From a virus (lineage: Duplodnaviria; Heunggongvirae; Uroviricota; Caudoviricetes), in the IMG/VR virus record IMGVR_UViG_2563366949_000011: a stretch of 38,235 bases of DNA; one strand, written 5' to 3'. Below, one piece after another: positions 29,491 to 37,176 of the stretch. Under the pieces are notes generated by a model, which ran no database searches, had not been told where the DNA came from, and was given only the letters and a program-made list of their open reading frames with translations. Each line of letters begins with the position of its first letter. The first letter of the stretch is position 1. A program made the translations under genes and the position numbers.

Positions 29491-30434
29491 GCAATCCCCC
29501 TGTCTGCAAACTTCCCTTCCCGAACTCCCGTTAACGAGTCTTCCCTCAGCAGGTAATCAAAATCTGCCGTCCAGCCAGTGTCGTTGTCTCCGAAGTAAAA
29601 CGGCTTGGCCTGATGCACAAACGCCCTGACATACGCTCTGAAACCGTCCACGTTTGGCGTTTTCAGTTGCGGGATGATTTTCTTCAGGCGACGTTTGCGT
29701 TTCTCGTTGAGCGCAACAGCGTGTGGCAGTCTGTCACCGACTTCGGTGTTGTAGGCGTTCAGGAAAGATTCGTAGTCGATTCGTTCTGCCCTTCGACGTT
29801 CAGGTTTATCCTGCCCATCTCCTCCCCCATTGGGGGGTAGGGGGGTATTATTTATATTCTTGTTAATACCTTCTTGTTCATGATGTGCGGTTGTTTGTGC
29901 GGCTTCATGTGCGCTTTCATGTGCGGCATGTGCGCTGAAAGCCGCTCCATTACTGACTTCGCCATGTGCGGCATCATGTGCGGTTGTTTGTGCGGCTTCA
30001 TGTGCGGGTAAATTGTCCATTTTTTGAGCATATTCATGGTAATTTGTGATGGTTATCACACGACCTTTTTGCTTCTCTCCATCAATGGAGATCATCCCCT
30101 CTTTCACAAAAACCTGAAGCATCCGCTCAACCTGATCACGGCTTGCTGGCTTGCCATGCCTGTCGCATAACTGAAGACCTAAATCAGCTGCTGTCACAAC
30201 CAGTTGACCGGGTTGCAGATGCCATTCATGACCTTTGAAATTCGCTTTGTATGGCTTTCTGGCGGCATTCAGGAGAAGGTTTTCCCACAGGGTGCGAAGA
30301 TAAACATCTTTCGCCCATGACTGTTTCAGAATGCTCCGGTACAACGGAATGTAACCAGTTTTCTGGTTCTCCATCCTGTTGCTCCTGCGCTCGTGTGCGG
30401 CGCTGAAATCGTAGATTTTTGCTGTATTGCTCAT
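29487..30434 (-). CDS. Replication initiator (lambda O / P22 gene 18 functional analogue) containing the origin iterons
   Basis: 315 aa. Alternative start at ATG 30374 ([16 protein letters not shown]...) has a better RBS (AGGAG). Contains the internal peptide repeat [10 protein letters not shown] encoded by the iterons. Confidence 0.7.
   Translation of the reverse strand: MSNTAKIYDFSAAHERRSNRMENQKTGYIPLYRSILKQSWAKDVYLRTLWENLLLNAARKPYKANFKGHEWHLQPGQLVVTAADLGLQLCDRHGKPASRDQVERMLQVFVKEGMISIDGEKQKGRVITITNYHEYAQKMDNLPAHEAAQTTAHDAAHGEVSNGAAFSAHAAHESAHEAAQTTAHHEQEGINKNINNTPLPPNGGGDGQDKPERRRAERIDYESFLNAYNTEVGDRLPHAVALNEKRKRRLKKIIPQLKTPNVDGFRAYVRAFVHQAKPFYFGDNDTGWTADFDYLLREDSLTGVREGKFADRGIA
29845..30007. 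repeat. Putative origin of replication: iterons inside the initiator gene plus adjacent AT-rich stretch
   Basis: Two near-identical ~33-bp direct repeats (29877-29912 and 29971-30006, ...ATGTGCGGTTGTTTGTGCGGCTTCATGTGCG) plus further ATGTGCG(G/C) copies at about 29917-29937 and 29961-29982; G-tracts and AT-rich sequence at 29827-29875. Confidence 0.5.
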
Positions 30435-30436
30435 AA

Positions 30437-30709
30437 CTACCTGCCTTGACGAAAGACCTTAAGAACATCGTTAAACTGACTTACGGATATGTCTTCTTTG
30501 AGAAGCTTTTCCAGAAATGCGTTTGGAATGAACGTATATCCCTCCTCTTTTGGGAGAGACGGGAGCAACGCCCTCGCCTCAGCTTTCAGAAGCTCAGTTC
30601 TGGCAACTTTCACAAAAGAGATTTGAGTTCTTTCATCAATGGAACGAAGGAAGCGCAAACGCTTAGCTTCTTTGTGTGTATCAGGTGGATTAAAGCCTTT
30701 GTTTCGCAT
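30437..30709 (-). CDS. Hypothetical protein between cII and the replication initiator gene
   Basis: 90 aa from ATG 30709 (MRNKGFNPPDTHKEAKRLRFLRSIDER...). The longer ORF-track version overlaps cII out of frame and is not credible. Confidence 0.45.
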   Translation of the reverse strand: MRNKGFNPPDTHKEAKRLRFLRSIDERTQISFVKVARTELLKAEARALLPSLPKEEGYTFIPNAFLEKLLKEDISVSQFNDVLKVFRQGR

Positions 30710-30731
30710 ATAATTACCTCGCTGGATGTTG

Positions 30732-31025
30732 TTAAAATTCCATTTGTATTTGATCAGAACGCTCGGTTGCCGCCGGGCGTTTTTTATTGGTGAGAATCGA
30801 AGCAACTTGTCGTGCCAATCGAGCCATGTCGTCGTCGACAACACCCCATTCAAGAACAGCAAGCAGCATTGAGAACTTTGGAATCCAGTCCCTCTTCCAC
30901 CTGCTGATCTGCGACTTATCAACGCCCACAGCTTCCGCTGTCTTCTCAGTTCCAAGCATTGCGATTTTGTTAAGCAACGCACTCTCGATTCTTAGAGCCT
31001 CGTTGCGTTTGTTTGCACGAACCAT
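30732..31025 (-). CDS. cII: CII transcriptional activator (lambda type)
   Basis: 97 aa from ATG 31025: MVRANKRNEALRIESALLNKIAMLGTEKTAEAVGVDKSQISRWKRDWIPKF..., essentially as I recall lambda CII. The ORF-track 5' extension runs over nutR and is rejected. Confidence 0.85.
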   Translation of the reverse strand: MVRANKRNEALRIESALLNKIAMLGTEKTAEAVGVDKSQISRWKRDWIPKFSMLLAVLEWGVVDDDMARLARQVASILTNKKRPAATERSDQIQMEF

Positions 31026-31082
31026 ATGTAAGTATTTCCTTAACAAATAAGAAGTTATGCGCATCAACTTATGCGCGTTGTA

Positions 31083-31128
31083 TTCCCGCATTTCGGCGGG
31101 AATGAGGACCATGACTGTTAAAGAGCAA
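31083..31128 (-). promoter_or_regulatory. nutR-like site: boxA plus boxB hairpin
   Basis: Minus-strand sense reads TGCTCTTTAACA (boxA-like; lambda boxA is CGCTCTTACACA) followed by the hairpin TTCCCGCCGAAATGCGGGAA; the same boxA/boxB pair recurs in the leftward operon. Confidence 0.6.
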
Positions 31129-31133
31129 TTTGC

Positions 31134-31319
31134 TTATGCCGCTTTGCGGTAAGCGCTTTCTTGATACTTCAGGGCGCCAGCTGTAACGACTTCCAGTCGA
31201 TAGGCGTCTTTCTCTGGGATGACTTCCTTCCACTGAGAGACTGCTGCGTCGCTAATGCCTAACGCTTTAGCTACAGCACGCTGGGTTCCGAAGTGGTCGA
31301 TAACATCTTTCTTGTACAT
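31134..31319 (-). CDS. cro: Cro-like repressor
   Basis: 61 aa with HTH GTQRAVAKALGISDAAVSQW; divergent from c2 across the operator region. Confidence 0.8.
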   Translation of the reverse strand: MYKKDVIDHFGTQRAVAKALGISDAAVSQWKEVIPEKDAYRLEVVTAGALKYQESAYRKAA

Positions 31320-31399
31320 AGACTCGCTCCGAAATTAAAGAACACTTAAATTATCCACTAAAGGAATCTTAAGTCAAGTTTATTTAAGATGTCTTAACT
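31320..31399. promoter_or_regulatory. OR operator region with pR (and presumably pRM)
   Basis: P22-type operator-like sequences ATTAAAGAACACTTAAAT (31334-31351) and ATTTAAGATGTCTTAA (31382-31397). On the minus strand, TTGACT (complement of 31372-31377) and ATAATT (complement of 31349-31354) with 17-bp spacing form a pR-like promoter for cro. Confidence 0.6.
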
Positions 31400-32050
31400 A
31401 TGAAAACTCAATTGATGGGAGAGCGCATTCGCGCTCGGAGAAAAGAACTCAAGATCAGGCAGGCCGCACTTGGAAAGATGGTCGGCGTGTCTAATGTTGC
31501 CATATCTCAGTGGGAACGCTCTGAGACAGAGCCAAATGGAGAGAATCTTCTCGCCCTGGCTAATGCGTTGAAGTGTTCCCCTGACTATCTGATGAAAGGA
31601 GAGGAAAGTCTTTCAAACATTGCCTATCACAGTAGGCATGATCCAAGAGGGTCATACCCTCTGATTAGCTGGGTGAGCGCAGGATGCTGGATGGAAGCTG
31701 TAGAACCATATCATAAGCGTGCAATAGATAACTGGTACGATACAACCGTAGACTGTTCAGAAGATTCGTTTTGGTTGGACGTGAAGGGAGACTCAATGAC
31801 GGCTCCGGCCGGTCTCAGTATCCCTGAAGGAATGATAATACTCGTCGATCCTGAAGTAGAGCCGCGTAACGGGAAACTGGTAGTTGCAAAGCTCGAAGGA
31901 GAAAACGAGGCAACTTTCAAGAAGTTAGTTATTGATGCAGGCAGGAAGTTTCTAAAACCACTTAACCCACAATATCCGATGATCGAGATCAACGGAAACT
32001 GCAAAATCATCGGCGTAGTTGTCGATGCAAAACTAGCAAACCTTCCATAA
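31400..32050 (+). CDS. c2: C2-type prophage repressor (P22 C2 / lambda CI family, LexA-like autocleaving)
   Basis: 216 aa; near-identical over most of its length to my recollection of P22 C2 (MNTQLMGERIRARRKKLKIRQAALGKMVGVSNVAISQWERSETEPNGENL...). Confidence 0.9.
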   Translation: MKTQLMGERIRARRKELKIRQAALGKMVGVSNVAISQWERSETEPNGENLLALANALKCSPDYLMKGEESLSNIAYHSRHDPRGSYPLISWVSAGCWMEAVEPYHKRAIDNWYDTTVDCSEDSFWLDVKGDSMTAPAGLSIPEGMIILVDPEVEPRNGKLVVAKLEGENEATFKKLVIDAGRKFLKPLNPQYPMIEINGNCKIIGVVVDAKLANLP

Positions 32051-32074
32051 GGGGGCATTCGCCCCTTTTTTTTA
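32051..32074 (+). terminator. Rho-independent terminator immediately after c2
   Basis: GGGGGC-ATTC-GCCCC hairpin (32051-32065) followed by a 9-T run. Confidence 0.7.
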
Positions 32075-32141
32075 TTTCCTTTAAAAATCAAAGCCAAACT
32101 TAAGTTACGAAAGAAAATTTAAGTTTTCTTCAAAAATACTC

Positions 32142-32170
32142 TTGACCATTAATTAAAGAGATCTTAAATT
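32142..32170 (+). promoter_or_regulatory. pL-like promoter embedded in OL operator repeats
   Basis: TTGACC (32142-32147) and TAAATT (32165-32170) with 17-bp spacing; surrounded by TTAAG-containing operator-like half-sites between 32095 and 32180. Confidence 0.45.
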
Positions 32171-32216
32171 TAAGCCATCAGCAGGACGCTGGTAGCCAAA
32201 CGGAACAGATTGGCAG

Positions 32217-32258
32217 GCTCTTTAACATTGATGGGATTGTCCCGCCGAAATGCGGGAA
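32217..32258 (+). promoter_or_regulatory. nutL-like site: boxA plus boxB hairpin
   Basis: GCTCTTTAACA followed by TCCCGCCGAAATGCGGGAA, the same boxA/boxB pair as nutR in transcript sense. Confidence 0.6.
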
Positions 32259-32658
32259 CCAAAGAGTAGTTGGCTTTGGGATTGGATGAATGAGCAGGCT
32301 GATGCTCGACCAATGTATAAACAGCGCTCATGGCAAGCAGTAACCAATCTGCGCCTCAAGACAGCGTCACTGGTAGTGCGGGCGCTCTAACCAGTAAGCC
32401 GGAGTTCAGCACCGGCCATCCAATCGCCAAAGTCAATTCCATAGGCGTTATGCAGCCGCCACCATATTCAAGAAAGCTGCACAAGAGGTAGGAGGATTTA
32501 TGTGAATACTTACATTCAGTTGAGAGATTAATTAAATAGAACTGATCGAGCAGAGTCCATGAAGGATCATAAATGCTCTTCCATCCCCGTCTAATTGGCG
32601 GGGATGGAAACCACTTTGTAATAAAAAAAATTCCAAAGTTGTTTCATCGGAGGTCAAC

Positions 32659-32958
32659 ATGACAGTAGTCATTACATATCTGGCTGACGATAACGCCAGA
32701 AATCGCCGCAGAGCACGCAGACAGGCTCAACGTGAACAGGCAATGCAAGAACAGCGACTGGCGCGAAAGATTGCGCTAAAGCTCTCTGGTTGCGTCAGAG
32801 CAGACAAAGCAGCATCACTCGGAAGCCTTCGCTGCAAGAAGGCAGAAGAAGTCGAGAGTAAACAGAATCGTATTTACTACCGCAAGCCACGCAGTGAAAT
32901 GGGGGTGACTTGTGTTGGTCGCCAGAAAATGAAATTAGGAAGCAAACCACTTATTTGA
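32659..32958 (+). CDS. N-like antitermination protein with arginine-rich motif
   Basis: 99 aa, GGAGG RBS; N-terminal ARM DDNARNRRRARRQAQREQ; first gene downstream of pL/nutL. Confidence 0.6.
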   Translation: MTVVITYLADDNARNRRRARRQAQREQAMQEQRLARKIALKLSGCVRADKAASLGSLRCKKAEEVESKQNRIYYRKPRSEMGVTCVGRQKMKLGSKPLI

Positions 32959-33036
32959 GGTGATATATGGAAGAAGAATTTGAAGAGTTCGAAGAGCATC
33001 CGCAGGATGTGATGGAACAATACCAGGACTATCCTT

Positions 33037-33237
33037 ATGACTACGACTATTGATAAGAATCAATGGTGTGGACAATTCAAGCGATGCAATGGATGCAAGC
33101 TGCAATCGGAATGCATGGTTAAGCCTGAAGAAATGTTTCCTGTAATGGAAGATGGGAAATATGTCGATAAATGGGCAATACGAACGACGGCAATGATTGC
33201 CAGAGAACTTAGTAAACAGAATAACAAGGCTGCCTGA
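33037..33237 (+). CDS. Hypothetical Cys-rich early protein
   Basis: 66 aa (CGQFKRCNGCKLQSEC); no clear RBS; its stop codon lies in the loop of a terminator-like hairpin. Confidence 0.4.
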   Translation: MTTTIDKNQWCGQFKRCNGCKLQSECMVKPEEMFPVMEDGKYVDKWAIRTTAMIARELSKQNNKAA

Positions 33238-33295
33238 TGGTGGCCTTTATTTTTGTCCGTAAATAATTTCATGCTTATTACAATCAAGGTGATAT

Positions 33296-33718
33296 ATGGA
33301 AGAACAAGCAAACAAGATTCTCGTAGAACTTCTGCAAAAAGCCAGTAATGGAATAGACGCGGCTGTTTCATTTAGCCAGGCACAGATTCCTGATGTTGTT
33401 CGTCAGTTGCTAACATGGAGTTTTGTCCATAGCGCACTTTTCCAAGTGGCTGGGTTGTTGCTTTTAATTGCAGCAATGAAACTTCCTAGTTTTGCAAGAA
33501 CGGCAAGAAATAATGGCGAGAGATGGACGTCTTTAGATGGATGTCCAAACGATAGATATTTTATATCTTCGTTTTATTACGATATATGCACTGTATTTGC
33601 TCCTATATTTGGCTCAATTATTGGCGTTTTAATTATTGCCTTCAATTTCGAATGGTTGAAGATTTGGCTTGCACCTAAGTTATTCCTAATTGAATATGCA
33701 GCATCATTGGTTAAGTAA
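33296..33718 (+). CDS. Membrane protein in the early-left operon (position comparable to sieB-type exclusion genes)
   Basis: 140 aa with RBS AGGTGA; hydrophobic helices LFQVAGLLLLIAAM and IFGSIIGVLIIAF. Confidence 0.5.
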   Translation: MEEQANKILVELLQKASNGIDAAVSFSQAQIPDVVRQLLTWSFVHSALFQVAGLLLLIAAMKLPSFARTARNNGERWTSLDGCPNDRYFISSFYYDICTVFAPIFGSIIGVLIIAFNFEWLKIWLAPKLFLIEYAASLVK

Positions 33719-33722
33719 TTTC

Positions 33723-33748
33723 AGGCCGCATAGTCGGCCTTTATTTTT
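33723..33748 (+). terminator. Rho-independent terminator
   Basis: AGGCCG-CATAGT-CGGCCT hairpin followed by TTATTTTT. Confidence 0.55.
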
Positions 33749-33867
33749 GGCATAAACAACAGAATAAACACTGCACTGTGTATTCATTCCAACGAGTGAA
33801 TACACGGAGCAATGTCGCTCGTAACTAAACAGGAGCCGACTTGTTCTGATTATTGGAAATCTTCTTT

Positions 33868-33891
33868 GCCCTCCAGTGTGAGGGCTTTTTT
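33868..33891 (+). terminator. Rho-independent terminator
   Basis: GCCCTC-CAGTGT-GAGGGC hairpin followed by TTTTTT. Confidence 0.55.
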
Positions 33892-33957
33892 ATATGCATA
33901 CCAATAACGCTTCACTCGAGGCGTTTTCGTTATGCAATCAAACAGAAGGAGCATCCT

Positions 33958-34128
33958 ATGCAACAGTTCGCTATTGCAGGGGCGGCATCGGTTCGCCCTT
34001 TCAACCCGATTTTATCGGTACAGCATTCACGAAAAAACATTTTAACCGGAGCAGACTTTAAACAACCAAGAATGAAAAGCTTGCTCGAAAAGCTTTGGGA
34101 TATTTTGAAACAACAAGGCCGTCCATGA
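33958..34128 (+). CDS. Small hypothetical early protein
   Basis: 56 aa from ATG 33958 with AGGAG RBS; the ORF-track 5' extension crosses a terminator and is rejected. Confidence 0.45.
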   Translation: MQQFAIAGAASVRPFNPILSVQHSRKNILTGADFKQPRMKSLLEKLWDILKQQGRP

Positions 34129-34283
34129 GTTTTACGGATAACTGGTCAGACGAAGAATTCATTCGTCAGATAAAAGAATTAATCGGTAACGAAGGAGATA
34201 TTCATGTCACTTGCAACCACAGTGAAGGAGAGCAAGTTACAGAGACGCATGTACACGCAGAAAGCTCTCTGGTATCGCCATAA
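34125..34283 (+). CDS. Small hypothetical early protein (kil/arf-position)
   Basis: 52 aa from ATG 34125, overlapping the upstream stop (ATGA); lies immediately upstream of erf. Confidence 0.4.
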   Translation: MSFTDNWSDEEFIRQIKELIGNEGDIHVTCNHSEGEQVTETHVHAESSLVSP

Positions 34284-34384
34284 TGGTGACCGCGAAGGAA
34301 TGCGGGTATGCCTTAATTTGTCCCGAGTCGAAGTATTAAATCAGCGTTATTTCCTTGGGCCGTGTCCATTCTGAGAGCAATCAT

Positions 34385-34990
34385 ATGAGCAAAGAATTTT
34401 ACGCAAGACTGGCAGCTATTCAGGAGAATCTGAACGCGCCAAAGAATCAGTACAACTCATTCGGCAAATATAAATACAGAAGCTGCGAAGATATTCTTGA
34501 AGGCGTTAAGCCGTTACTGAACGGTCTGTTTTTATCAATCAGCGATGAAGTTGTGTTGATTGGTGATCGGTATTACGTGAAAGCCACGGCAACTATTACC
34601 GATGGCGAAAACAGTCATACGGCAACCGCTCTTGCACGAGAGGAAGAAAGCAAGAAAGGAATGGATTCTGCACAAGTTACGGGAGCTACAAGCTCTTATG
34701 CACGCAAGTATTGCCTCAATGGTTTGTTCGGCATTGATGATGCGAAAGATGCAGATACAGACGAGCATAAACATCAGCAGAACGCAGCAGCAAAGCAATC
34801 AAAACCATCACTTACACCTGAACAGGTTCTAAAAGCATTCACTGACGCAGCAATGCAGAAAAACACCGTAGAAGAGCTTAAACAGGCGTTCGCCAAAGCG
34901 TGGAAGATGCTCGAAGGGACGCCGGAGCAGCACAAAGCGCAGGACGTTTACAACATCAGACGAGACGAATTAGAAGGGGCAACTGCTTAA
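34385..34990 (+). CDS. erf: Erf single-strand annealing recombinase
   Basis: 201 aa from ATG 34385: MSKEFYARLAAIQENLNAPKNQYNSFGKYKYRSCEDILEGVKPLL..., closely matching my recollection of P22 Erf. The ORF-track start at 34355 is a TTG. Confidence 0.85.
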   Translation: MSKEFYARLAAIQENLNAPKNQYNSFGKYKYRSCEDILEGVKPLLNGLFLSISDEVVLIGDRYYVKATATITDGENSHTATALAREEESKKGMDSAQVTGATSSYARKYCLNGLFGIDDAKDADTDEHKHQQNAAAKQSKPSLTPEQVLKAFTDAAMQKNTVEELKQAFAKAWKMLEGTPEQHKAQDVYNIRRDELEGATA

Positions 34991-35373
34991 TGGCACATTC
35001 GATTACAGTAAGACTAAACAAACCCGCAAGAGAGTTTCAGGGCGGGGAAAATATCGGATTCAACATCCGTGCTGGCGTTCAGTATTACGATCGCCAGACA
35101 AAAAAGAAAGAATGGACAAACTACAGCGCCGTTGTATTTGCCAAGCCGGGAGCGCAAGCGGATTACTATCGTAGCGTTCTGGTTGAAGGAGGCATTGTAG
35201 AAATTACCGGAGAAAACATCAGGGTTGATGTTTATCAGGGGCAAAATGGTCAATCAATCACTCTTGAATTACTGAATGCAAAGATTGGATTTGCAACTTC
35301 AGGAAACAGCCAACAGCAGCAAAGTAGCAATCATCAAAATAATCCTGAATACGACGATTCCATCCCATTCTGA
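34990..35373 (+). CDS. ssb: Single-stranded DNA-binding protein (SSB-like)
   Basis: 127 aa from ATG 34990 (overlapping the erf stop, TAATG); OB-fold-like body and a Gln-rich linker ending in the acidic tail DDSIPF, like the bacterial SSB tail DDDIPF. Confidence 0.65.
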   Translation: MAHSITVRLNKPAREFQGGENIGFNIRAGVQYYDRQTKKKEWTNYSAVVFAKPGAQADYYRSVLVEGGIVEITGENIRVDVYQGQNGQSITLELLNAKIGFATSGNSQQQQSSNHQNNPEYDDSIPF

Positions 35374-35396
35374 TTTAGAAAAATAAGGATTTAATT

Positions 35397-35693
35397 ATGC
35401 CAGCGCCTTTGTATGGTGCGGATGACCCGCGCCGCTGTTCCGGCAATTCCGTATCGGAGGTGCTGGATAAATTCAGAAAAAACTACGATCGAATAATGTC
35501 TCTACCGCAGGAAACGAAAGAGGAAAAGGAATTTCGCCACTGTATATGGCTTGCAGAGAAAGAAGAACGCGAGCGAATTTACCAGACATCAATCCGACCA
35601 TTCCGCAAAGCCACATATACCCACTTCCCTGAATATATCGACCCGCGCCTGCGTAATTACCGCTCACGCTATGGCGCTATCAGTAATGACTGA
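35397..35693 (+). CDS. Hypothetical protein downstream of erf/ssb (position of the P22 abc anti-RecBCD genes)
   Basis: 98 aa ATG ORF with AAGGA RBS. Position is suggestive only; I cannot confirm the sequence against Abc2. Confidence 0.45.
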   Translation: MPAPLYGADDPRRCSGNSVSEVLDKFRKNYDRIMSLPQETKEEKEFRHCIWLAEKEERERIYQTSIRPFRKATYTHFPEYIDPRLRNYRSRYGAISND

Positions 35694-35787
35694 GGAATTT
35701 ACCATGAGAGGACTTGCTTAAGAGAAAGAGTTTCGGTTCTGTTAATGACAACAAATATCTGAATGCGATGTGGCGGAGTGGGAAGAA

Positions 35788-36306
35788 ATGAAACAAATGT
35801 CACTAATTGAGATGGATGGTTTTCTGAAAGGTAAATGCATCCCAAGTGATTTAAAGGTTAACGAAACAAACGCTGAATACCTTGTCCGTAAGTTCGGTGA
35901 ACTTGAATCAAAACTGGAAACGGCGTTGCGGGAGTGTAGTTCTGCTGGAATCACGATTGATAACCTTGAGGCTAAATGCGCGAAGATGGCTGCTGAAAAT
36001 ACCTCACTTAAGCAATCTGAGAAGGAATTTAATGACTTTTGTCGTGAGGAGTTTAGCGAATGGGAAGATGATGTTACTGAAACCCCAGCCACCGATGCTT
36101 TTCTGGCTGAAGTGCGGGCGCAGGGGGTGGATGCTGCTATAGAAGCTGCAAAAAATCTGGTGGCCCAAGAATATGAGTATAAGGATTTCAAAGCGGCGCA
36201 GAGTGATTGCTGTATGCACCCTGGTTCAGACCTGGTAGGGAAGGTTGAAATGACTGAGTGGTTAGTTGACTTTGCTGCCCAGCTTCGCAAAGGAGGCAAC
36301 CAGTGA
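35788..36306 (+). CDS. Hypothetical acidic protein (ea region)
   Basis: 172 aa from ATG 35788 with GGAG RBS; the ORF-track start at 35770 is a GTG without RBS. Confidence 0.5.
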   Translation: MKQMSLIEMDGFLKGKCIPSDLKVNETNAEYLVRKFGELESKLETALRECSSAGITIDNLEAKCAKMAAENTSLKQSEKEFNDFCREEFSEWEDDVTETPATDAFLAEVRAQGVDAAIEAAKNLVAQEYEYKDFKAAQSDCCMHPGSDLVGKVEMTEWLVDFAAQLRKGGNQ

Positions 36307-36602
36307 CTGTATGTCTTATTGATAAACGTCGACGTGGGCAACAAATACCATCTGTTGAAATGCCGAATCACACATGGTTTTGCGTACTTGATATCGATGG
36401 TATGGATACGTTGGTTGACACTCGTCATTACTGCGATACCGCAACAGCTACTCCGGCGAAAGCAAAGAAAATGGCTGCTCTGATAGAAAACTGGACTCCA
36501 CCTGATGGTTGGTGCAATGGGAATGATCGAGATTGGCACGAAAAAATGAAGGGCTATATCTGCGATTTTTTACGTAAATGCAACGGCTTCAGGGGGATGT
36601 GA
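36303..36602 (+). CDS. Hypothetical protein (ea region)
   Basis: 99 aa, GTG start with AAGGAGG 7 nt upstream, overlapping the upstream stop. Confidence 0.5.
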   Translation: MTVCLIDKRRRGQQIPSVEMPNHTWFCVLDIDGMDTLVDTRHYCDTATATPAKAKKMAALIENWTPPDGWCNGNDRDWHEKMKGYICDFLRKCNGFRGM

Positions 36603-36603
36603 T

Positions 36604-37176
36604 ATGACCAAAATTAACTATCAGGCACTGCGTGAGGCGGCAGAACGTGCAATTCCGGCAATGGAACGCCTGTTAATGTTGCCAGTTGATGATGATTTGT
36701 TAAGTGAACAGGAACTTAAGGATTACGGTGTGGATATTGATGCGCTCAACGCCTTCAAATTTCTGACCGGACCAGAAACCGTGCTGGCGCTGCTGGATGA
36801 ACGGGAAAGAAACCAGCAATACATCAAACGCCGCGACCAGGAGAACGAGGAAATTGCGCTAACGGTAGGGAAGCTGCGCGTTGAGCTGGAAGCTGCAGAG
36901 AAGCGCATTGCAGAACTGGAAGCCGAACCTGTAAGCCAAACTTACAAGTTGAACGAGCTGTCGGGCAACTATCCGGTAACTCCGGATGGTTGGATAAGCT
37001 GTAGTGAGCGAATGCCCGCTCAAGATGATTGGATTTTAATTTATTCAAAGCACGGCGAGTATATGGCAGGACAGGTACAAGGGGAATACGTGGAGTTGAG
37101 CGACGGCACTTTATCGTGGTTAGGGAACGCCTTGTACTGGATGCCTCTACCGGAACCGCCGCAGGAGGTTAATTGA
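36604..37176 (+). CDS. DUF551-domain protein
   Basis: 190 aa; coiled-coil N-terminal half and C-terminal WISCSERMPAQDDWILIY...LYWMPLPEPP typical of DUF551 prophage proteins. Confidence 0.6.
   Translation: MTKINYQALREAAERAIPAMERLLMLPVDDDLLSEQELKDYGVDIDALNAFKFLTGPETVLALLDERERNQQYIKRRDQENEEIALTVGKLRVELEAAEKRIAELEAEPVSQTYKLNELSGNYPVTPDGWISCSERMPAQDDWILIYSKHGEYMAGQVQGEYVELSDGTLSWLGNALYWMPLPEPPQEVN

Noticed and set aside
30710-30982. 181-aa ORF 30437..30982 overlapping cII
   Set aside because: Its 5' portion overlaps cII in a different frame. Only the 3' portion from ATG 30709 is retained as a 90-aa gene.
30732-31112. Long 126-aa version of the cII ORF starting at 31112
   Set aside because: The N-terminal extension would run across the nutR boxA/boxB elements. 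The canonical 97-aa CII begins at the internal ATG 31025.
32967-33053. 28-codon acidic ORF as an annotated CDS
   Set aside because: Too short and compositionally biased to call as a gene from sequence alone. Kept as a finding and not as a feature.
35742-36539. 265-aa minus-strand ORF spanning the ea region
   Set aside because: Antisense to two well-supported plus-strand genes with RBSs. Ser-rich, low-complexity translation with no RBS, typical of a spurious frame opposite real coding sequence.
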